DNA from: an uncultured Candidatus Saccharibacteria bacterium
GTDB taxonomy: Bacteria > Patescibacteriota > Minisyncoccia > Phycocordibacterales > UBA12088
Direction of reading: 5' to 3'
Assembly (NCBI GenBank): GCA_964521185.1
Contig: CAZFRC010000003.1
Coordinates: 2,112-66,111, forward strand
Length of the DNA: 64,000 nucleotides
The number at the start of each line of letters is the position of its first letter. The stretch's first letter is position 1. The notes under the pieces were generated by a model, which saw only the letters and a list, made by a program, of their open reading frames with translations, had not been told where the DNA came from and made no database searches. Shown here piece after piece: positions 8,183-16,149 of this stretch. A program made the translations under genes and the position numbers.

Positions 8183-9421
8183 CTAACGATCATTCTTATC
8201 CCCACGGACATCTTCGCTGCTTTCTTTTTCACGCATGCCCAGTTGTTCCGTCGTATAACGAATATCCATTCCAACACGAATGTGTGTCGTTTGTCGCAAC
8301 ACACCACGAAACGTTTGATAGGCATTGTGCCAATCGCCGTTTCGAATAAACTCTTCGCCAGACTCAAACATGATTTCAATAGCTTCAAGTTTCTTTCTTG
8401 TTTCATCATCAACCAGAGAAATTCGTTTGAGCAGTTGTCCAATTTCACGTCTCGCATGATCTCTAGATCGTTCCACTATGCGAATGAATAATTTTTGTGT
8501 ATCAACTTCTATCGTTTGTGTTGACGATGCATGGTGTACACGAGAAGAATCTGGAGAAGATTCCTCTTTGGCAGCGCCAATGCTTGGTGCCGGAGAATCA
8601 TTTGTTATCGCGCTCGAAACTTTCAGCGCGGTGGGCGGATTTTCGCTATCCCTATTGATCGGGGAAATACCCTGAGCGGTACCCGCAGCTTCTGTTACTA
8701 TTGAAAATGTTCCAAATGAAGATTGTGCCTCTGGAGCATATGCAAGTAACAGAGCCTCCGTATGTATTGCTGTTTTTTCTTGCACATCTCGCATAACTTC
8801 TGATACCCGAGACGCCGCCTGAATTGAGATATCCCCTGCCCCAAGGTGTGCCAAGGCTTCTGTGTGCGCTCGAAGTGCGGCGTCGAAGTTGTCGAAAAAA
8901 TTGACGGCGACATCAGGTGTCCTAATTTCAATTGCAGCAATATGTGCAGTGACTTTTTCCGCCTGTGTTTCAAGCTGAAGCACTATTTTTTCTTCAATGT
9001 CTGGGGTAAGATCCCCCTTAAGCGCTAGCGCATGCACTTCTCTAAGACGTCGTTCCATTCTTTTAGTTTCCCACGACACCCTACTTTCTTCTGTAAAAGA
9101 GAACGCGAGTCGAATTTCTTCGTTGACATGGGTTTTAACAAGATGAAGTAATTCTCCGGGTAATGCGCGTTCTGCCGCATATGATATGCCTCCCCCTGAA
9201 ACGATGAGCGTTATGCCAAGGAACGCGGGGATCAGAGGAGCGCGAAGAATTCCAAAAAACAGAGTCCTGGTATGTTTCGGCGAGCTTATTGACGAAGCGT
9301 CAGGACGTATTGGATGAAGAGATCGGTATTCGCGCAACACATCTCGCATGCGCTTCTTTTCTGCCTCTTGCATTCGCATGGAGAGCGCAGCGTGTGTAAT
9401 GATGTCGGAAAATTTTTTCAT
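8183..9421 (-). CDS. Putative anti-sigma factor / membrane protein: cytoplasmic N-term, one TM helix, large extracytoplasmic domain
   Basis: The start codon overlaps the stop of the upstream ECF sigma gene (ATGA, 9421-9424). TM segment LIPAFLGITLIVSGGGISYAA; helical extracytoplasmic region as in anti-sigma or DUF5667-like partners of ECF sigmas. Confidence 0.5.
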   Translation of the reverse strand: MKKFSDIITHAALSMRMQEAEKKRMRDVLREYRSLHPIRPDASSISSPKHTRTLFFGILRAPLIPAFLGITLIVSGGGISYAAERALPGELLHLVKTHVNEEIRLAFSFTEESRVSWETKRMERRLREVHALALKGDLTPDIEEKIVLQLETQAEKVTAHIAAIEIRTPDVAVNFFDNFDAALRAHTEALAHLGAGDISIQAASRVSEVMRDVQEKTAIHTEALLLAYAPEAQSSFGTFSIVTEAAGTAQGISPINRDSENPPTALKVSSAITNDSPAPSIGAAKEESSPDSSRVHHASSTQTIEVDTQKLFIRIVERSRDHARREIGQLLKRISLVDDETRKKLEAIEIMFESGEEFIRNGDWHNAYQTFRGVLRQTTHIRVGMDIRYTTEQLGMREKESSEDVRGDKNDR

Positions 9422-9423
9422 AT

Positions 9424-10023
9424 CTATTGTTGGAAATGCTTCATCCTCTCTTCAAATGCCGTTTTCAATTTACGCATACTTCGATGAAGTCGAACCGATA
9501 CCACGTTCTCCGACTCCCCCACCAGTTTGGCAATTTCTTTTGGAGAAAAGCCATCAATATACCGAAGCGTCACCATATTCCGATACTGTTCTGGAAGCAC
9601 AGATAAAAGTTCCATAAGTGCTTCCGCATCGAAACGAGTAGCGGCCTCTTCTAATGCCCCATCAATCACAAGATCATCAAAACTTCCTTCCGAAGTAGTT
9701 TCGTCTTCAAGAAGTGCATCGAGAGAAGCGGTCTTCTTTTTTCGATACTCATCGATAATAAGATTGTTGAGCGTCTGATAGAGAAAAGCCCGTAAGTCTT
9801 TTACCGCGTTTCCTTTTTGAAGATAATTCCACACCCGCATGAAAGTTTCCTGTGTTATATCTCGTGCACGTTCTTCGTCGGAAATACGAAAAAATGTGTG
9901 CCGAAACAATGCATCAGCATATTGTTCAAACGCCTCCGTAAAAAGCTCTTCGACACTTTTTAGAACCATGTTCTCCTCGAAATAAAGACGGGTAGTACGC
10001 AAAACGCTTTCATGAGTTTTCAC
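9424..10023 (-). CDS. RNA polymerase sigma-70 family, ECF subfamily
   Basis: 199 aa; region 2 (ETFMRVWNYL) and region 4 HTH (SPKEIAKLVGESENVVSVRLHRSMRKLK). Confidence 0.85.
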   Translation of the reverse strand: MKTHESVLRTTRLYFEENMVLKSVEELFTEAFEQYADALFRHTFFRISDEERARDITQETFMRVWNYLQKGNAVKDLRAFLYQTLNNLIIDEYRKKKTASLDALLEDETTSEGSFDDLVIDGALEEAATRFDAEALMELLSVLPEQYRNMVTLRYIDGFSPKEIAKLVGESENVVSVRLHRSMRKLKTAFEERMKHFQQ

Positions 10024-10170
10024 TATACGCTAGGTATGGTTTCTCTTGCTACTCCTCATCGATAGCATAAAATCTCCCTCGGTTAATACAGAGTGCGGGG
10101 TCATTTCGTATATGAAAAATTTTTTAGCTTTCACAAAAAAGCGCTTTCTCATTTCCAGTTCAGCAAAAAG

Positions 10171-10243
10171 TCGGGGTGCCGGGATTCGAACCCGGAGTCA
10201 CTTGTACCCAAAACAAGTATGTTAGCCGTTACACCACACCCCG
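10171..10243 (-). tRNA. tRNA-Pro (anticodon UGG)
   Basis: Hand fold: acceptor CGGGGTG/CACCCCG, anticodon stem CTTGT/ACAAG with loop TTTGGGT, T-arm CCGGG-TTCGAAT-CCCGG, discriminator A. Confidence 0.8.
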
Positions 10244-10374
10244 ACTTTTGGCTGAACTGTCTTTCCTAACTTAATATGTGGAGAATTTTTTCCCCACAAG
10301 TATCTAAGGCAATACACCAAACCTATGCGTACAATGTTACCTACGAAACTACCCCCCTCTTGAAACAAACGAAA

Positions 10375-10758
10375 TCACACCAGATCCTCAAGAATCGAAC
10401 AATACGCTAATCTCCGGGTAAAATCTATCCTAACAATGATCGCGGAAATACGATAGTCTTTCTGCGCTAACGTAGCGTGCTCAAGCAAGTAACTCTGCAC
10501 GGTGCGGTCTAACTTTTCGAGCTTTTGTGAATGGATATTTTCTTCTGGCCGTATAGCGCTCAAAATATGCTGGCCGGTCTTGACTTCAAAAAAAACTGTT
10601 GTGTCTCCCTTTTGTGCGACTATATCAATTTCCCCCCAAGGTTTTCTATAATTCCTTTCCAAGACAACATATCCTTTACGGCACAAAAATTCCACGGCAA
10701 CATCTTCGCCCATTTTACCCACTGATTGTGTTTTTCCAATCCCGTAATTCCAGGTCAA
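10375..10758 (-). CDS. yraN: YraN/UPF0102 family endonuclease-like protein
   Basis: GEDVAVEFLCRKGYVVLERNYRKPWGEIDIVAQKGDTTVFFEVKTG matches UPF0102; the start may be the internal Met at MGEDV. Confidence 0.7.
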   Translation of the reverse strand: MTWNYGIGKTQSVGKMGEDVAVEFLCRKGYVVLERNYRKPWGEIDIVAQKGDTTVFFEVKTGQHILSAIRPEENIHSQKLEKLDRTVQSYLLEHATLAQKDYRISAIIVRIDFTRRLAYCSILEDLV

Positions 10759-10911
10759 AGTCCTATAATTATCCTTATTTTAAGCCGTTTTAATAAAAAT
10801 CTTCTTTTTTATTTTTAATGTACTTTGTCCTTTATACACTAATCCCCACAGTTATCCCCATACTTTTTATGATAGAGATGTCCTTTGAAAAAGGCTGTTG
10901 TTTAACTTTTG

Positions 10912-10982
10912 TGCGGGTAAGGAGAATCGAACTCCTGTCTCGTCCTTGGCAAGGACGCATTCTACCACTAAACCATACCCGC
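10912..10982 (-). tRNA. tRNA-Gly (anticodon GCC)
   Basis: Hand fold: acceptor GCGGGTA/TACCCGC, anticodon stem CGTCC/GGACG with loop TTGCCAA, T-arm GGAG-TTCGATT-CTCC, discriminator A. Confidence 0.85.
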
Positions 10983-11117
10983 TTTGGCTCTTGGGAAAGG
11001 GTTCGTTCGCCCAAGCTTCGATTCGAAGCGTATCATTTCTCATTATGCTCTTCAAGCGAAGTATTATCGAGCGCACCCGAAAACACGGCGGTCTCCTAAT
11101 TATTTTTTGAACTCCTG

Positions 11118-11189
11118 TGCCCCCGCCAGGACTCGAACCCAGAACAACAGTTCCGAAGACTGCTGTGATATCCATTTCACCACGGGGGC
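11118..11189 (-). tRNA. tRNA-Arg (anticodon UCG)
   Basis: Hand fold: acceptor GCCCCCG/CGGGGGC, D-arm GTGA-AATGGATA-TCAC, anticodon stem GCAGT/ACTGT with loop CTTCGGA; the T-stem has two G-U pairs. Confidence 0.7.
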
Positions 11190-11250
11190 GATACGAAGCA
11201 ATCATACATGGAATACTGCGTAAAAAGCAAAAGTGCCGTAATATGCAGCT

Positions 11251-12726
11251 ATGGAATTTGAGAAGAATCGCATTCCGGAGGAGGTGCGTACAACCGCAGA
11301 AATATTAGAAAACGCTCACTTTAAGGCTTATTTAGTTGGAGGTTGTGTTCGAGATCTCCTTCTCAAAAAAACCCCTAAAGACTGGGATATTGCAACCGAC
11401 GCAACCCCCGAACAAATTCAGCAGGTATTTACCCACTCTTTTTATGATAACAAATTTGGAACAGTTGGAGTCGTGTATGACTCCACCGAAGACCCCACTA
11501 TTAAAGTCATCGAAGTAACACCCTTTCGTGTCGAATCGGGGTACTCAGATTCACGTCGGCCAGATGCAGTATCTTTTAGTTCAGAGATAAAAGACGATTT
11601 AAAACGAAGAGATTTCACCATCAACGCAATGGCGTTTCGCTTATCTAATAATGAATTCATTGACTTTTTTAATGGCGCAGAAGACCTTGAGCGTGGAATA
11701 GTTCGTGCCGTTGGTGATCCAAAAGAGCGCTTTGAAGAAGACGGTCTGCGAGTGCTTCGTGCGATAAGAATAGCTGCTGAACTTGGATTTGCTATAGAAG
11801 CAAACACATTAGTTGCTCTCAGACATTCTTCTTCCGTATTAGGGAAGATTGCGAAAGAAAGAATTAGAGACGAATTTGTGAGAATCATTATGTCTGAAAG
11901 ACCCATGGATGCCATGTTTCTTATGAAACGAGTAGGGATGTTGCCTTACATATCAGCAGAACTAGATAGATCCGACGGTATAGAACAGAACAAATCCCAT
12001 AAATACGATGTTTTTGAGCATATTGTTCGATCTCTTCAACATGCCGCAGAAAAAGGTTTTTCTCTAGAAATTCGTCTTGCCGCCCTTTTCCACGATATAG
12101 GAAAGCCAGAAACTCGACGATTTTCACAAGAAACATCTGACTATACGTTTTATGGTCACGAAGTTATAGGGGCAAGAATAACTAAAAAAGTACTGAAGCA
12201 ACTTCGATTTTCGTCTCAGATAATAGAAAAAGTTGTTTTATTGGTTCGTTGGCATATGTTCTTTTCAGATCCCGACCAAATAACCTTATCGGCTGTCCGA
12301 AGAATTATTCGTCATGTAGGAAGAGAAAATATATGGGATCTTTTAGACATCCGTATATGCGATCGAATTGGTAGCGGCAGGCCAAAAGAACAGCCTTTTC
12401 GTTTCAGAAAATATAAAGCAATGGTAGAAGAGGCACTTAGAGACCCAATATCAGTGGGTATGTTAAATATTAATGGAACGAGGATAATTGAGGTTACACG
12501 TGAAAAACCAGGTCCAAGAATAGGCCATATGCTTCACGCAATTCTAGAGGAAGTAATCGAAGATCCTTCCAAAAATGAGGTTTCGTTTCTTGAGAAACGG
12601 GTACAGGAGCTGTCCATTATGGAAGATAATGATCTTGCCGTATTAGGTAATAAAGGAAGAGAAAGAAAAGATGAAATGGAAGAAGTAGAATTGGATAATA
12701 TAAAGAGGAAATACGGAGTTTTATAG
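11251..12726 (+). CDS. cca: CCA-adding tRNA nucleotidyltransferase (PolyA_pol head plus HD domain)
   Basis: GGCVRDLLLKKTPKDWDIATDA nucleotidyltransferase motif; HD motif LFHDIGKP; 491 aa. Confidence 0.88.
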   Translation: MEFEKNRIPEEVRTTAEILENAHFKAYLVGGCVRDLLLKKTPKDWDIATDATPEQIQQVFTHSFYDNKFGTVGVVYDSTEDPTIKVIEVTPFRVESGYSDSRRPDAVSFSSEIKDDLKRRDFTINAMAFRLSNNEFIDFFNGAEDLERGIVRAVGDPKERFEEDGLRVLRAIRIAAELGFAIEANTLVALRHSSSVLGKIAKERIRDEFVRIIMSERPMDAMFLMKRVGMLPYISAELDRSDGIEQNKSHKYDVFEHIVRSLQHAAEKGFSLEIRLAALFHDIGKPETRRFSQETSDYTFYGHEVIGARITKKVLKQLRFSSQIIEKVVLLVRWHMFFSDPDQITLSAVRRIIRHVGRENIWDLLDIRICDRIGSGRPKEQPFRFRKYKAMVEEALRDPISVGMLNINGTRIIEVTREKPGPRIGHMLHAILEEVIEDPSKNEVSFLEKRVQELSIMEDNDLAVLGNKGRERKDEMEEVELDNIKRKYGVL

Positions 12727-13055
12727 AAAGTTTCACGTAAAACGTTTCTTGAGAAACACTAATCGCCCCGGACTTCTGGGTGGAGAACCGAAATCGCATG
12801 GGGCGACGGTAGAGGAATCCGATGGTATTGAATAGACTAAACAAATACCGCTTTAAAACAAAACTAAAGTACTTCGTGAGAGTATCTGTAGTGTTATTAA
12901 TTTCAATATGATCAGCATCCTCCAAAGAAAGAACTTTTTTGGTGAAATTAAGGAACGCTTATACAACACCTATGATCTAGGGATAATGGTACTCCCGCTA
13001 TAAAGGACATGTAAAGGACATTGTTGTGGATAAATGTCCTTTATAATTATTCTGT

Positions 13056-13856
13056 CTATTTGAGCGATATTTCAGCAAGCACAGGGCAATGATCCGAGCC
13101 CATCACATCTTTGAGTATTTCTGCTTTCCCCACTTTATTACCCAGCTGCGAGCTTACAAAAATATAGTCTATTCTCCAACCAACGTTTCGAGCTCGCGCA
13201 TTGGCAAAATGACTCCACCACGTGTAATGCCCGTTTCCCTTTATAAACAATCGAAATGTATCCAAAAAACCTGCTCCAATGAGTGCTTGTATGCCTTCTC
13301 GTTCTTCTTTGGTAAAACCTTTTTTACCTTCATTTTCTTTTGGACGTGCAAGATCGTCCTCGGTGTGTGCCACGTTCAAATCCCCACAAAAGATAACCGG
13401 TTTTTTCTTTTCAAGACCGGTTACATGGTCCAAAAAAGCAGGGTCCCATTGTGTATGACGAAGAAATAGTCTACTTAAATCATCTTTTGCGTTCGGCGTG
13501 TATACGTTAACAACATAAACATCCTTAAATTCCAAAGTGATGACTCGTCCCTCAGTATTTGGGTTCCCATAGGTATCGCTTTTAAGACGGTATTTAACTT
13601 CCAAATCATTAGAAAGTCCGTTTTCTATTGTGAGAGGTCTGTTCTTAGTAAATACCGCTGTCCCGCTATACCCTTTTTTTTCTGCAGAATTCCAATACTC
13701 GCCATAGTTAAAAAGATCAATAATTGATTCGCTTTTTTCGGCTTTTGTTTCTTGAATACATAAAATGTCTGGGTCGTATTCCTGCACGAACGGCATGAAT
13801 AGACCTTTTTTATGAACTGCGCGTATGCCATTTACATTCCAAGAAATAATTCGCAT
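13056..13856 (-). CDS. xth: Exodeoxyribonuclease III (AP endonuclease, ExoIII/APE1 family)
   Basis: MRIISWNVNGIRA...; EEP-fold motifs LCIQETK, GDLNVAH, SDHCPV. Confidence 0.92.
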   Translation of the reverse strand: MRIISWNVNGIRAVHKKGLFMPFVQEYDPDILCIQETKAEKSESIIDLFNYGEYWNSAEKKGYSGTAVFTKNRPLTIENGLSNDLEVKYRLKSDTYGNPNTEGRVITLEFKDVYVVNVYTPNAKDDLSRLFLRHTQWDPAFLDHVTGLEKKKPVIFCGDLNVAHTEDDLARPKENEGKKGFTKEEREGIQALIGAGFLDTFRLFIKGNGHYTWWSHFANARARNVGWRIDYIFVSSQLGNKVGKAEILKDVMGSDHCPVLAEISLK

Positions 13857-13895
13857 TGACCATAGTGTACCGCAAAGGGAGGTCGTTTTCCCAAC

Positions 13896-14822
13896 TTATT
13901 TTCTCCGTTTCCCGTGAAAAGAGCGGTGTATCTCTCCTAAATGACGATCAGTAACATGTGTGTACACTTGAGTAGTGGAGATATTCGCATGTCCAAGTAA
14001 CGCCTGAACGGACCTTAAGTCTGCGCCATTTTCAAGTAAATCCGTAGCAAAACTGTGTCGAACAACGTGGGGAGTTACTTTTCTGGTAATGCCCGCCCTA
14101 ATCGCATACTGTTTTACAATTCGTTCTACTGAACGAGGGGTTAGACGGAGGCTTTCAGCTTTTGAGGCATTTTTTCCAAGTTGAATAAATAGGGCGTCGT
14201 CAATATCTGTTCGTTTATTTAAATACGATTTCAATATTGCTCTGGCGTCTTCAGAAAGAAATACCACCCGAACTTTGTCTCCTTTACCTCGGATAGGGAA
14301 GGAGTTGCCCGATATATTGAGGTCCCGACCAAGAGAACACAGTTCGGATACACGAAGTCCTGTTGAAAACAAGAGTTCAAGGATCGCGCGGTCTCGAAGG
14401 GCTTTAACGTCGGAACCTTTCGGAGCAGATAGAAGTCGATTGAGCTCTTCGGACGTAATCAGATCGAGCGAACGGTCGCCAACCTTTGCAAGCTCTATAC
14501 GTTCCGGAGAAATCGTCTCCACCCCACGCTTATGCAAATACTTGAGGAACGCTCGGAGCGCTATCAAGTAGTAATTTTGAGTACGGCGTTTTAACGTTTC
14601 CCGTCCACCACCAGGTTTTTTCCCCGCATCTTGGCGGTTAAGCCACAAGCGATATTCACGAATAACCCGATCGTCCAGCTGTCGCGGGGAAGTGATCTTT
14701 GCATACTGTAAAAATCGAGTGAGGTACCGGTCATAGTTTTCTACAGTTTTTATGCTTCGTCCTCGTTCGATTTCAAGATGTTCAAGAAATTCCCGTTGGA
14801 GCGTTTGTATTTGGGACACCAT
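13896..14822 (-). CDS. Tyrosine site-specific recombinase, XerC/XerD type
   Basis: N-term MVSQIQTLQREFLEHLEIERGRS...; C-term RHSFATDLLENGADLRSVQALLGHANISTTQVYTHV with catalytic Tyr. The start is set at the internal ATG (14820-14822); the track ORF extends to 14870. Confidence 0.88.
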   Translation of the reverse strand: MVSQIQTLQREFLEHLEIERGRSIKTVENYDRYLTRFLQYAKITSPRQLDDRVIREYRLWLNRQDAGKKPGGGRETLKRRTQNYYLIALRAFLKYLHKRGVETISPERIELAKVGDRSLDLITSEELNRLLSAPKGSDVKALRDRAILELLFSTGLRVSELCSLGRDLNISGNSFPIRGKGDKVRVVFLSEDARAILKSYLNKRTDIDDALFIQLGKNASKAESLRLTPRSVERIVKQYAIRAGITRKVTPHVVRHSFATDLLENGADLRSVQALLGHANISTTQVYTHVTDRHLGEIHRSFHGKRRK

Positions 14823-15053
14823 GTATGTAGTAGTGTCGCACAATATGTACACAGAGAGAACATAAAACATGGGGTTATACCATTCGGTTCCCCATACGAT
14901 TTAACGTAGGAGTACTAAGAATCGACTGTATGTGTGAGGAAAACAAGAACCTCGGGGTGTTTAAGCCTTCAAATAGTTTGGAACGGAGATTTGCCATCTC
15001 TCACAAGAAGCCGAAGAATCAATGTATGGTAAAAAGGCTACCTAAACGCGGTA

Positions 15054-15081
15054 TTGCAATCCAAAAAAAGCGTGCTATACT
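15054..15081 (+). promoter_or_regulatory. Candidate promoter TTGCAA, 16 nt, TATACT, placed 7 nt upstream of the rpsO ATG (leaderless arrangement)
   Basis: -35 at 15054-15059; -10 at 15076-15081; no SD between the -10 and the ATG at 15088. Confidence 0.4.
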
Positions 15082-15087
15082 CTTTTC

Positions 15088-15354
15088 ATGCTTACCAAGC
15101 GGCAAAAAAGTACTGCAATAAAAGTGGCCAAGCGCCACACCACCGACACTGGCTCTCCGGAGGTTCAGGTGGCGATTTTAACAAAGCGAATCAATGAGCT
15201 TTCGACACACTTGAAAAAAAACGCTCGAGATAATCATTCCCGTCGCGGACTTCTTGGTATGGTTGCTGCACGTCGAACGCATCTTAAGTATCTCGAAAAA
15301 AAAGATAAGCGACGATACAGCGCGCTTGTAAAAAAACTGGAGCTTAAGAAATAG
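15088..15354 (+). CDS. rpsO: 30S ribosomal protein S15
   Basis: 88 aa; [25 protein letters not shown]...[10 protein letters not shown] is the S15 signature. Confidence 0.95.
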   Translation: MLTKRQKSTAIKVAKRHTTDTGSPEVQVAILTKRINELSTHLKKNARDNHSRRGLLGMVAARRTHLKYLEKKDKRRYSALVKKLELKK

Positions 15355-15378
15355 ATGATGGGGAAACGAGTTCTTTGA

Positions 15379-15963
15379 GTGTTAATAACAGTAATATTTT
15401 TTATGTCAGCAGTAAAACATGCAAACCAGCGTGTCGGCGTTTTTATCGATACGCAAAATCTCTATCATAGTGCGAAAAATCTCTATCGCGCCAAGGTGAA
15501 CTTCGGAAATATGGTGATTGACGCTGTCTCCGATCGCATATTGGTACGTGCCATGGCATACGTGGTCAACACTGAAACCAATGAAGAGCAGGGATTCTTT
15601 GACGCACTCCTTAAACAGGGAATAGAAACGAAAACAAAGGATCTTCAGATATTTGCTGGAGGAGCAAAAAAGGCTGACTGGGATGTCGGACTTGCTATTG
15701 ATGCCGTAAAGATGGCCCCGAAGCTCGACACGGTCATTCTCGCCACCGGCGACGGTGATTTTGTTCCGCTGGTTGAATATTTGAAAACAAAAGAAGGATG
15801 TCAAGTTGAAGTCATTTCATTCGGCCGTTCGACATCTGCTCGCCTTCGAGAGGTCTGCGATGACTTTACCGACATGGATGAAAATCCAAAGAAATTCCTC
15901 ATTGCATACCGAGGAGCCCGTTTTTTGAATGGGGATGAGCGCGCCTTAGAAGAAGGCGAGTAA
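15379..15963 (+). CDS. NYN-domain (LabA-like, PIN-like) protein
   Basis: VGVFIDTQNLYHSAKNL ... LATGDGDFVPLVEYLK..GCQVEVISF; sits between rpsO and pnp. Confidence 0.75.
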   Translation: MLITVIFFMSAVKHANQRVGVFIDTQNLYHSAKNLYRAKVNFGNMVIDAVSDRILVRAMAYVVNTETNEEQGFFDALLKQGIETKTKDLQIFAGGAKKADWDVGLAIDAVKMAPKLDTVILATGDGDFVPLVEYLKTKEGCQVEVISFGRSTSARLREVCDDFTDMDENPKKFLIAYRGARFLNGDERALEEGE

Positions 15964-16149
15964 CAGACACTAGCATGTGCATGGGCGACTTCGCACTGCT
16001 TAAGGCGAAGCTGTGTTTATTGCAAAAATCTGCTACACTGCGTTCAATTATTAAAATAACCGCAGTGGTGGTTGGATAGGTAGATTTGAAATCAAGCATT
16101 GTCGCTCGATTTCAAGTTTAAAATCCAAATACCACGCATAAGTGGTTCC

